The notes below the pieces were generated by a model that saw only the letters and a program-made list of their open reading frames with translations, did not search any database and was not told the origin of the DNA. Shown here piece by piece: positions 38,327 to 46,734 of a stretch of DNA of 64,000 bases (the stretch's first letter is position 1; every line of letters starts with the position of its first letter). The position numbers and the translations under genes are program-made. The DNA lies in assembly GCA_964522395.1 (NCBI GenBank), contig CAZFVN010000004.1, positions 12,430 to 76,429 of the forward strand. Reading direction: 5' to 3'. The stretch is from an uncultured Myxococcales bacterium. GTDB taxonomy: Bacteria > Myxococcota_A > UBA9042 > CAIXZC01.

Positions 38327-38413
38327 AGTTATCTCCTCGTTTGCGGCCCCCAGGGGGACCATTGAATGCCAGATCGACGAGGGCACCCGTGAATGATGCC
38401 TCCAACACTGACC

Positions 38414-38463
38414 ACCATACTCGAACAGCATTAGATGTCAATACCTAATGTAGTCATGTCTAA
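38414..38463 (-). promoter_or_regulatory. sigma70 promoter with overlapping palindromic operator-like sites
   Basis: Minus strand TTGACA-16 bp-TATGGT. CATTAG-N10-CTAATG brackets the -35, with adjacent TTAG-N6-CTAC. Confidence 0.45.
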
Positions 38464-38597
38464 CAGATCCGGGACTCACCCACTCCGCTCGAAACCGGTT
38501 GCATGGTGCGAGACCGATACGTACACGGTGCAAATCCTGGTGAACTTCGGCAAGGGCTACGACGATATTGGACGAGTACTTAGCGGGAAGCCCCCGG

Positions 38598-41500
38598 CTA
38601 CTCCCCGCCACCATACAACTCAACACCGATCGCCTGCACGCTGGTGGGTAGGAAGTCACAAGTTGAGGTGGCGAGGCACGGATCGTCGGAGAAGTGCTTT
38701 CCCTGGGATGCAGCGAAGTGGCCAATTTGGTTTTCGACGAAGGAGTTGATATCAAATTGGCGGCTCGGGTTGGAGGGCTCCACACCGTGAGCGCCCAAGG
38801 GGGCTATGTAGGGCATGCGAAAGGCTGAGAAGCCACCCGAGGCTTTCATCTCTCCAGTCGCGTCAGCATCGATATGAGTTGCACCTTTGTTGTCCCAGCG
38901 CAAAGTTGCTCGCACCGGCTTCCCCAGGTTTGGCTCGCCATATTCGTCAGTGCCTGCATCAAGATCATCGGGATCAGCATGGACCGGGATGGGGTGCTCC
39001 GGATCGGCTGCGAAGAGCGCCGTGAACTCGTTTAGCCAGCGTCCGTCTTTCACTTGGACGCCGCTGTTTTCGGCCCAATCCGTGGTGGTCAAGGTTGCCG
39101 AGAGATGACGCCAGGACCATTCGGTACCTTCGGCTACGTACCCGTCAAGAAGTACGTCATTCTTCGTGTTTCGGGTAGTGCCCGAAGATGGCAGGTAGTC
39201 AAGAATACCTGCTGCCCTGGCCAAGGCCAGACTTGTGGCAATGGGAGTGTTGGGGTCACCGACGGTATGGTAGATGATAACGTTTGCCTGCTTCGCCGCG
39301 CCCTGATCATATGAGAAATCCAGCCGCTCTTCCGGCCCATAGTGACGGGCGTAGCTAATAGGGTCACCCCGGGCAAGAATCATTGAGGCAAAACCCATCA
39401 ATTTGCGTAGACCTGGAGTATTTCGCGCTCGTCCCAGGCCCGTATTGAGCGCCACCAGGGGAGCTCCCTCAGGATAGATCGCCCCCTGGTACTCCACCGC
39501 CACCTCAAAGGTGTCGAAACGAGCCTTCTCGTCCCCGTCCCAACCGTCAAGCACCACAACCTCCAACGCATCACCAAAGAGGAGCGCTCGCCCCAAATCG
39601 TGCTCCGCGCAGCTTGCCGGGCCCATCGGCTTGGAATCTTCCGGGTCTACTTCCACCGTCCAACTCCCCGGGGCGCAGGAGACGGGTACTGGCTGGGTAT
39701 CCCCATCCTGAATGCCCAGCAGGGGCCGTTTCTCCACCGCAGTAAGTCCGTCTGCAGGAATGGAAACCCTGAATCCCCGGCCGTCCAGATGACGAAACGC
39801 GACCACCTCCTCGCCGTTCACTTTATTACGGACGATGACTCGGTCTCCCGGCTCGATCTGGTCGGTAAGCGCGAAGGGGTAGTAGTGAGCTCGAGGGTTT
39901 TGCCAGGGGCGGTCTTCGCGGTGCTGGTCGTTGATCATGATCGCCAATTCCATCTCCAACGAATGGTCGTCGGACAGGTCCTCAACCTCGGTCTCCGGGT
40001 CCCAGCCAACTCCTTTCGTTGGCGTAAAAGAGGTCGGCGTGAAGATCACGAATGGCCCCATCATGGGCAGCCAGACCGCCTCCGGGACACCCGGATTGGT
40101 GGACCGAACACCCACCTGGATCAGTCCGCCGGCCCCCGAAACAGGAGTTGCAGTTGTCGTCGTCGCTTCAGCCCCGGCCAGTAACTCGCTGACAATGGCC
40201 CCCATGGATTGGCCCCACTGGGGGTAGTCGATATTGTCGGGGCCTCCAAAATCGACGACGCCATCGCCATTGAAGTCACCCATCAAGTCATCGGCCTTGC
40301 CATTTAGATTGGTGTCGGTTTCCCAGTTGATTTCCCCGAGGGAGCGTAACACTCGCACAAACTGCATGATGTCGATGGCTGCCTGCCGCACACAATCGCG
40401 AGTATGGAAGATATCGTAGGACCAGAAGTCTCCACCATTGTCAAAGGAGGTCAATCGGCCATCGTTGTCCAGGTCCCGAATGCGGCCAAAGGCAAATCCA
40501 TTGTAGAAGGTCGACAGTCCCAGTGGCTCAAGGAGCGTGGGCACCAATTCGTCATAGTTGATATCCTCATCTGAGGGGAGCGCCAGTCCGTGTCCAACCG
40601 CATCGATGCCGCACAGCGCATAGCCAAACTGGGTGAACCGTCCGGCGAACCCTAGGATTTCAAATGGAGCTCCAGAGTAGCCGTGCCCGTAGTGCATTAC
40701 GGGAAAGGGTGGCTTATGTTCGGCCGTGGCTTTCGGAATTGCACAGAGGAAGGAGACTTTGTTAGGGCCATGAACCGTCCCGTCACCCGCCAGGTCGATT
40801 GAGAAGCTCTCATTATCGTCCGCCGGATAGAGGGGCGTGGCAATGCCATCCTGATCGGCCAGAAAATAGGGTGTTGTATATGACCCGAGCACAAAATAGT
40901 CCACGTACTTCACGTCGTACTGAAGTGCCTCGACTACTTCTGGAGCATACCCCAACAACAACTCAGCCATCCCGAACAGCATGTCGAGGTCAGCGGCATA
41001 GAGCACGTAGGCATCATCCTGTAGACTTCCGTCTTCGGCAGCAGCATTCACCTGTTTAGGCTCCATGTCCGGGGCGTACTCGTCGCGCAATGACGCCAGG
41101 TGTCCATGACCGTACAACCCTGCCCGAATAGCCTCCAATTCCGCAGTCACCGATTGCGTAGTGAAGCTCCACGCAAAGGCTACATCAACCAGGTCAAAAC
41201 CGTATTCGGTTCGGGCCAGGATCGTTGCCAATGGTGCCAGATCGTCATTTTGACTCAAATGGTTGACGTTGGGAAAGGGAGAACGGACTGAAGAGCCCTT
41301 TTCTCCTACCATATTGCTCGTTAACACGACCGCATATGTCGTCTGCTCCCGCAAGGGCACTACTGGCCAGAGGACGAGGGTGTTGGTCTCCACTTCATAG
41401 AATGTGATGAGGTCATCTATGGGCCGGGACGCGCTCTTTAGCAACCCCGCCACATCAGCAGTGGCCAACGGAAGAAGGGGCTCTCCGCTAAATGTGTTTG

Positions 41501-42113
41501 GCCGGTCCAGGATTCCGTCGAAGTCGATATCCTCGTAGGGGTCCAGTTTGCCGTTTCCGTTGAGGTCTTCGTCATGGGTTTCAAAGAGAAGGTTGGGAGA
41601 ATCAGCGTGTTCATCCATGTCCCAGTACTGATGCTCCCATTCCAGGCCGAGGGGATAGTTGCCCTGGCCGCAATCGAGTGGTATTGCCCGGCCGAAATCT
41701 GGCGAGGCCGGGTCAACATCAAGGAGGAGGATCGCATCATCCGTGAAGTCATGGTTGGCTGCTTGTCGGTCTCGCAAATCTTCAAGATCCAACGGGCTGT
41801 CGAAGGAAACTGTTATCGGTTGGAAAGTCCCAAAGCCATCCAATTGGTTGATCTTATGCCGCAACTTCCGCTCCGCCCTCGTACTCGCCTCTTCGCTGAC
41901 GTTGATACGACGGCCCGTGGGACTATCGGGGTCGAATCTGGTCGCCACGTTATTGGGCAGAGGGATCTCAGGTAACGGTTTGGCCGCCAGGTCGAAGACA
42001 ACCATGGGACCAGTCCCGGTACCGGCAGTGCGCCCAATACCAGTGCCCTCCGGGCCCTCGCAAGCGGCCAGAAGCAAGAGGAGACATAATGGGAGATAGG
42101 TCTTCTTCTTCAT
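38598..42113 (-). CDS. Large lipoprotein alpha/beta hydrolase (lipase/esterase-like) with Ig-like N-terminal region
   Basis: Lipobox LLAAC, EIPLPNN, NQLDGFG, YGHGY, IDAVGHG, nucleophile elbow GQSMG, and several DxDxDG Ca-binding loops. Confidence 0.75.
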   Translation of the reverse strand: MKKKTYLPLCLLLLLAACEGPEGTGIGRTAGTGTGPMVVFDLAAKPLPEIPLPNNVATRFDPDSPTGRRINVSEEASTRAERKLRHKINQLDGFGTFQPITVSFDSPLDLEDLRDRQAANHDFTDDAILLLDVDPASPDFGRAIPLDCGQGNYPLGLEWEHQYWDMDEHADSPNLLFETHDEDLNGNGKLDPYEDIDFDGILDRPNTFSGEPLLPLATADVAGLLKSASRPIDDLITFYEVETNTLVLWPVVPLREQTTYAVVLTSNMVGEKGSSVRSPFPNVNHLSQNDDLAPLATILARTEYGFDLVDVAFAWSFTTQSVTAELEAIRAGLYGHGHLASLRDEYAPDMEPKQVNAAAEDGSLQDDAYVLYAADLDMLFGMAELLLGYAPEVVEALQYDVKYVDYFVLGSYTTPYFLADQDGIATPLYPADDNESFSIDLAGDGTVHGPNKVSFLCAIPKATAEHKPPFPVMHYGHGYSGAPFEILGFAGRFTQFGYALCGIDAVGHGLALPSDEDINYDELVPTLLEPLGLSTFYNGFAFGRIRDLDNDGRLTSFDNGGDFWSYDIFHTRDCVRQAAIDIMQFVRVLRSLGEINWETDTNLNGKADDLMGDFNGDGVVDFGGPDNIDYPQWGQSMGAIVSELLAGAEATTTTATPVSGAGGLIQVGVRSTNPGVPEAVWLPMMGPFVIFTPTSFTPTKGVGWDPETEVEDLSDDHSLEMELAIMINDQHREDRPWQNPRAHYYPFALTDQIEPGDRVIVRNKVNGEEVVAFRHLDGRGFRVSIPADGLTAVEKRPLLGIQDGDTQPVPVSCAPGSWTVEVDPEDSKPMGPASCAEHDLGRALLFGDALEVVVLDGWDGDEKARFDTFEVAVEYQGAIYPEGAPLVALNTGLGRARNTPGLRKLMGFASMILARGDPISYARHYGPEERLDFSYDQGAAKQANVIIYHTVGDPNTPIATSLALARAAGILDYLPSSGTTRNTKNDVLLDGYVAEGTEWSWRHLSATLTTTDWAENSGVQVKDGRWLNEFTALFAADPEHPIPVHADPDDLDAGTDEYGEPNLGKPVRATLRWDNKGATHIDADATGEMKASGGFSAFRMPYIAPLGAHGVEPSNPSRQFDINSFVENQIGHFAASQGKHFSDDPCLATSTCDFLPTSVQAIGVELYGGGE

Positions 42114-42122
42114 CTTATCCCC

Positions 42123-43730
42123 CTATTGCCAGTGAAGGGCTGCGGCAGCCAGGATCTTCCAGACCGCATCGGGCAGGTTACCCTCGGGGTCTGCCAGAGC
42201 CTTGCCGGGCAGGAAGTAGGATTGGTCTAGATGGATGGTCAGCCCAAGATGCTCGGGCCAGGCCAGAACGGTCGCCCGAACTCCGGCAAGAAGTTCAGTT
42301 CCCAGGTAGTTACTGTCAACGCTGCGGCCCAGATGGTTAGCCGCACTGCCGCCATTACGGAAGGTGTAGTAGGAGTGCGCAAACTCGGCCGGTGAGGTCA
42401 TCAGGAGACCACCCAGCAATACCTTGATATCCTCGACGTGATGGGTGGCCGGACTCCAGGTCCAGCGAAGCTGCGGGAAGTAATAGAGAACATTGGTCGC
42501 CCGCTCCTGGCTGGGAATGAGATCCAACCCTTTTGCGGGCACCGCGACATTCGCGGGATCGCTGGAGAGCTCTGCAGCTCGTGCCGATATACGAGGCAGC
42601 ATCTCGTCGAAGAAGATGAGTCCAACGTTGTAATCCGGATCGAAGAAGAAGGCATGCGAGGTGTCATCGTGTGCGTTTTTGTCGCCCGAGGCGTAGCCAA
42701 CCTCCACCTCCGCCTCCAAGCCCAGCGAGTGAATTGCGAAATTGAGCCTTCCAACTGCACCAAACGAGGAGAGGTCAAGACCCTCTTCCGTGCCGATCTG
42801 CTGAAAGCGATCGGTGTGCCCCTGGAGCCAGACAGTTTCGTAATCCAACGAGAGTGCCAGGTCTGGGACCTGCTGTCCCGCTAATGCCCCTGCGCCCTCT
42901 CTGGTCGTCAGCGCATACTCGTTCTTCCCGTTGAGATTCAGGACCAATGCCTCAAGGGTATCGCCGTCATTGTCTTTCTGCGTCCGGAAAGTGACGATTG
43001 CACCGTTGGTGAAACGGGGCTGGCTCCAGAAGAGACCCCCATTCACCTGGTAGGCCCTGTCGCCATCTTGGAAGATAGCGTTCTCGTCCCGCCAGACCAT
43101 GTCACCCGATGCGACGATGGTAAGATAATCGCCCCACGCATTGGCCCCGGTCAACGGCCGAAAGGGCTTGAGTGCCAGCAAAGCCCGGTCCACTACATCA
43201 CCATATCGCCTGACACCGAAACGATCGTGGTCTTCGACTCCGGTGTTGGCGAGAATGCCAAGCCCATAGGAACTCGTCATCTGCCCCAGACGGAAGAGAC
43301 CGATGGAGGTGAGCACCTGAGCGTAGGCTTCTCGCAGTAAGAAGCCATGAAATCCCTCCCCGCGGTTTACTGACTTACGGTCTAGTCGGCGCCCGGCGGG
43401 ATATAGGTTTTCACGGTCACCCAGGATCTGGCCTTCAATCAGGTCCATCTCCACTCTCGCACCAAACCGCCCCCAGGCAAAGGCAGGGGAGAGTCGCACC
43501 CGCTGTTCGGCCCACTGGCCCACGGGATTGGTGAGTCCTGCTTCGTCCAGGACAAAGTCTGTGGTGCTGTGGTAAGCGAAGCGGTACTCCCCGGCCCAGA
43601 GATTCCACTGTACGCCTTGCCGAGGAGGCAACAACCTTACTTCCGGTTGGTAGCCCCACTCAGCGGCTAGCGGTCTGCCGCCAGTCACCAGCACAAAAAG
43701 TGTGAGAAGGATTCTCCAAATTGGACTCAT
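42123..43730 (-). CDS. Outer-membrane beta-barrel (alginate-export/porin-like)
   Basis: Signal peptide, LREAYAQV, FRLGQM, EVGYASGD...FFFDPDY, YLGTEL and SYFLPG motifs. Confidence 0.7.
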   Translation of the reverse strand: MSPIWRILLTLFVLVTGGRPLAAEWGYQPEVRLLPPRQGVQWNLWAGEYRFAYHSTTDFVLDEAGLTNPVGQWAEQRVRLSPAFAWGRFGARVEMDLIEGQILGDRENLYPAGRRLDRKSVNRGEGFHGFLLREAYAQVLTSIGLFRLGQMTSSYGLGILANTGVEDHDRFGVRRYGDVVDRALLALKPFRPLTGANAWGDYLTIVASGDMVWRDENAIFQDGDRAYQVNGGLFWSQPRFTNGAIVTFRTQKDNDGDTLEALVLNLNGKNEYALTTREGAGALAGQQVPDLALSLDYETVWLQGHTDRFQQIGTEEGLDLSSFGAVGRLNFAIHSLGLEAEVEVGYASGDKNAHDDTSHAFFFDPDYNVGLIFFDEMLPRISARAAELSSDPANVAVPAKGLDLIPSQERATNVLYYFPQLRWTWSPATHHVEDIKVLLGGLLMTSPAEFAHSYYTFRNGGSAANHLGRSVDSNYLGTELLAGVRATVLAWPEHLGLTIHLDQSYFLPGKALADPEGNLPDAVWKILAAAALHWQ

Positions 43731-43835
43731 TGCATCCTCTTGGTGCGTTCAGGTCGGCGACTGCTACAGGCCGGCTCAGGGACGACAGTACAAGGCTCAA
43801 GGCCGCTGCGTCAAATGATTTGGACCACGAAATAC

Positions 43836-43865
43836 TTGACCGGTTCGGCAAGTCAGTAGTATGCT
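43836..43865 (+). promoter_or_regulatory. Putative sigma70 promoter of metK
   Basis: TTGACC-18 bp-TATGCT. Confidence 0.4.
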
Positions 43866-43941
43866 CTGACGCTGTTTCGAGGGAGTCCCTCTCTCGACGA
43901 AACAAGACGCTCCAAATCAACCTGGGAGGACAGGGAATACA

Positions 43942-45105
43942 ATGATAAACAAGCAAGGCAGGACGCTCTTCACCTCAGAATCAGTAACCGAAGGTCACCC
44001 GGACAAACTTTGCGACGCGGTATCAGACGCCGTATTGGACGCCGTACTCGCCGATGACCCCGCAGGCCGCGTTGCCTGTGAGTGTTTGACCACTACTGGC
44101 CTTGTCGTCGTGGCCGGTGAGATCACGACCAGCACCTACGTAGACATTCCAGCAGTGGCCCGTCAAGCTATCAAGGACATCGGCTATACCCATGCCGACT
44201 ATGGCCTCGATTACAAGTCGTGCGCCATTTTGACTGCCATTGATCAGCAGTCCGTTGACATCTCCCAGGGCGTCACTGAAGGTGCCGGGCTCTTCGAGGA
44301 GCAAGGGGCGGGTGACCAGGGGTTGATGTTTGGCTATGCCACCAACGAGACCGAAGAGATGATGCCCCTCCCCATTACGCTGGCCCAGAAACTCACGAAG
44401 CGGCTGGCCGAGAAGCGCAAGTCCGGCGAGATTTCCTTCCTCCGCCCGGACGGCAAGAGCCAGGTCACGGTAGAGTATTTCGATGGCAAAGCGAAGCGCA
44501 TCGAAGCAGTGGTGATTTCGACCCAGCACGATCCGGATATTGCTTACGACGAAATCCGTCACCAAGTCGTTGAGCAAGTCATCAATCCCATCCTGCCCCA
44601 GGACATGGTGGACGCCGAAACCAAGATCTTCGTGAATCCCACCGGCCGTTTTGTCATTGGTGGACCCCACGGCGACAGTGGCGTCACCGGTCGTAAGATC
44701 ATCGTTGACACCTACGGCGGCTGGGAGAGCCACGGCGGCGGGGCTTTCTCGGGCAAAGACCCATCAAAGGTCGACCGTTCAGCCTCCTACTTCGCCCGTT
44801 ACGTAGCCAAGAATGTGGTGGCCGCTGGTCTGGCAGACGAGTGCTCCATCCAGGTCGCGTATGCCATTGGCGTAGCCCGCCCGGTGAGCGTTCGGATCGA
44901 CACCTTCGGCAGCGAGAAGATCCCCGTCGAGAAGATCGAGGCTTTGGTGAAGAAGAATTTTGACTTCCGGCCCAAGGCACTTATCGAGAAGCTGCAGCTC
45001 CTCCGTCCCATCTATCGGAAGACTGCTGCGTATGGACACTTCGGCCGCAACGAGCCGGAATTCACCTGGGAAGCAACCGACATGGCCGAAGCCCTCAAGG
45101 GTTAG
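43942..45105 (+). CDS. metK: S-adenosylmethionine synthetase
   Basis: [36 protein letters not shown] and [16 protein letters not shown]. Confidence 0.98.
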   Translation: MINKQGRTLFTSESVTEGHPDKLCDAVSDAVLDAVLADDPAGRVACECLTTTGLVVVAGEITTSTYVDIPAVARQAIKDIGYTHADYGLDYKSCAILTAIDQQSVDISQGVTEGAGLFEEQGAGDQGLMFGYATNETEEMMPLPITLAQKLTKRLAEKRKSGEISFLRPDGKSQVTVEYFDGKAKRIEAVVISTQHDPDIAYDEIRHQVVEQVINPILPQDMVDAETKIFVNPTGRFVIGGPHGDSGVTGRKIIVDTYGGWESHGGGAFSGKDPSKVDRSASYFARYVAKNVVAAGLADECSIQVAYAIGVARPVSVRIDTFGSEKIPVEKIEALVKKNFDFRPKALIEKLQLLRPIYRKTAAYGHFGRNEPEFTWEATDMAEALKG

Positions 45106-45124
45106 CGACCTCTCTGGTGCGACC

Positions 45125-46537
45125 ATGAGTTCTCACCCCACCATTATCACTGACCCGGACATTACAGACGGCTATCGCTCTGACGAATCTGGCATTTTCG
45201 GAACAGTTGCGGGAGTATTCCGGCCGCGCGATTTGCAAGATGTGGCCGAGTTAGTCGCAGAATCTGCTGGCTGCGGTCGCAAGCTCCTTCCCGTCGGTAG
45301 CCAAACGGCCACCACCGGCGCGGCGGTGCCCCAGGACGATGTCGTAGTAGATATGCGCTCTCTCACCGGAGTTGTCGACATCGATGAGCAACGACGTATC
45401 GTCGAGGTACTGCCGGGCACTATCACCCGTGAACTGAAGGACCACGTCGCCAATTCCGGACTCTTCTATCCTCCCGACCCCACCAGCGAGCCGGAGTGCT
45501 CTATTGGTGGAAATGTAGCCACCAATGCCAGTGGTGCCCGATCGTTTCGCTGGGGCATGACAGCCCGCTGGATAGAAGGTCTTGAAGTCGTTACGGGCAC
45601 GGGCGAGGTCCACCGCTTCTTCCGGCGTGACGTCGACAAGAATACGGCCGGCTATCGGCCGCTGCTCGATCCCGTGGAGCTCTTTCTGGGGTGCGAGGGC
45701 ACCCTGGCCATCGTTACCCGCATCTGGTGCCGGCTGGTTCCAGACCCGGGGCCGGCTGTTGGATTCATCCTCTTTCTGGAATCCCTCGATGCCGCGTTAG
45801 CCCTGACCGTGGCCTTCCGCCACGGCCAGCTTGACGCCACTCCACGATGCTGCGACCTGCTGGACCGTCTATCCCTCGATCTAATGGCAGAACATGTGCG
45901 CCCTCCCTCTATTCCTGCCGGGGCCGGAGCAGCCCTCTACGTCGAGTTTGATGCAATGGCTGAAATCGAAGATCTGCTGGAGCACGCGATCATGCCCCTG
46001 GCCACCTATGGCGTGCTGGTTGATGATACGGTGATCGCGCAGTCGTCCGCAGAGCGTGAGTGGCTGCGCGAACTGCGCCACCACATCCCCACCGAGTGCA
46101 ACCGGGAGGCCAACTCGTTTGCTGCCACTGGTGGGTTGAAGGTCTCTACAGAGTTTTGTGTTCCTATCGATCGTCTACAAGAGATGATGCAGTTTGTTGT
46201 GCGGACCATTAGTGAGGCGGGCAATCCTCGTGCAGTCCTCTACGGGCACATCGGAAACGGCCATCCCCACATCTTCACTTTTGGTCGCACCCACGACGAG
46301 GTGGCCCAACGGATGGCCTTGGCTCGCCTTTGGTATGACAAGGCTGTGGCACTTGGCGGCACCGTCTCGGGTGAGCACGGCATCGGCAAGAGTCGACGCC
46401 CCATCCTCAATCAGATCTACCCCCCCCAATACATAGCGGCCATGCGTTCGTTGAAAAGTGCAATGGATCCGGCCGGAATTCTGGCCCGTGGGAACCTCTT
46501 TCCAGAAACCCCATCACTAGTTCCCGAGCAGCCATAG
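45125..46537 (+). CDS. FAD-linked oxidase/dehydrogenase (GlcD/D-2-hydroxyacid dehydrogenase-like)
   Basis: FYPPDPTS, SIGGNVATNASG, GCEGTLAIVT, GHIGNGHPH, GGTVSGEHGIG and MDPAGIL. Confidence 0.88.
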   Translation: MSSHPTIITDPDITDGYRSDESGIFGTVAGVFRPRDLQDVAELVAESAGCGRKLLPVGSQTATTGAAVPQDDVVVDMRSLTGVVDIDEQRRIVEVLPGTITRELKDHVANSGLFYPPDPTSEPECSIGGNVATNASGARSFRWGMTARWIEGLEVVTGTGEVHRFFRRDVDKNTAGYRPLLDPVELFLGCEGTLAIVTRIWCRLVPDPGPAVGFILFLESLDAALALTVAFRHGQLDATPRCCDLLDRLSLDLMAEHVRPPSIPAGAGAALYVEFDAMAEIEDLLEHAIMPLATYGVLVDDTVIAQSSAEREWLRELRHHIPTECNREANSFAATGGLKVSTEFCVPIDRLQEMMQFVVRTISEAGNPRAVLYGHIGNGHPHIFTFGRTHDEVAQRMALARLWYDKAVALGGTVSGEHGIGKSRRPILNQIYPPQYIAAMRSLKSAMDPAGILARGNLFPETPSLVPEQP

Positions 46538-46589
46538 AGCGGCCTTCCGGAAAAGAAGTAGTCACTAATCTAAACCCTGCATTTGATTC

Positions 46590-46607
46590 TCGTGATTAAA
46601 TTCACAT
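46590..46607. promoter_or_regulatory. Rex- or CRP/FNR-family-like operator
   Basis: TCGTGA-TTAAAT-TCACAT palindrome in an AT-rich intergenic stretch about 130 bp upstream of the cytochrome. Confidence 0.5.
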
Positions 46608-46734
46608 TGGCTATTGCCAACCCCATCCCACCGTGCTAGAAAAGCGTTCAAAGAGATGCCCCGGACAATATAAGTACCTGAAAACTGTAAATTCGCACCC
46701 ACGTGGTGCCAATAGTAGAAGAAGGAGAAAGAAC

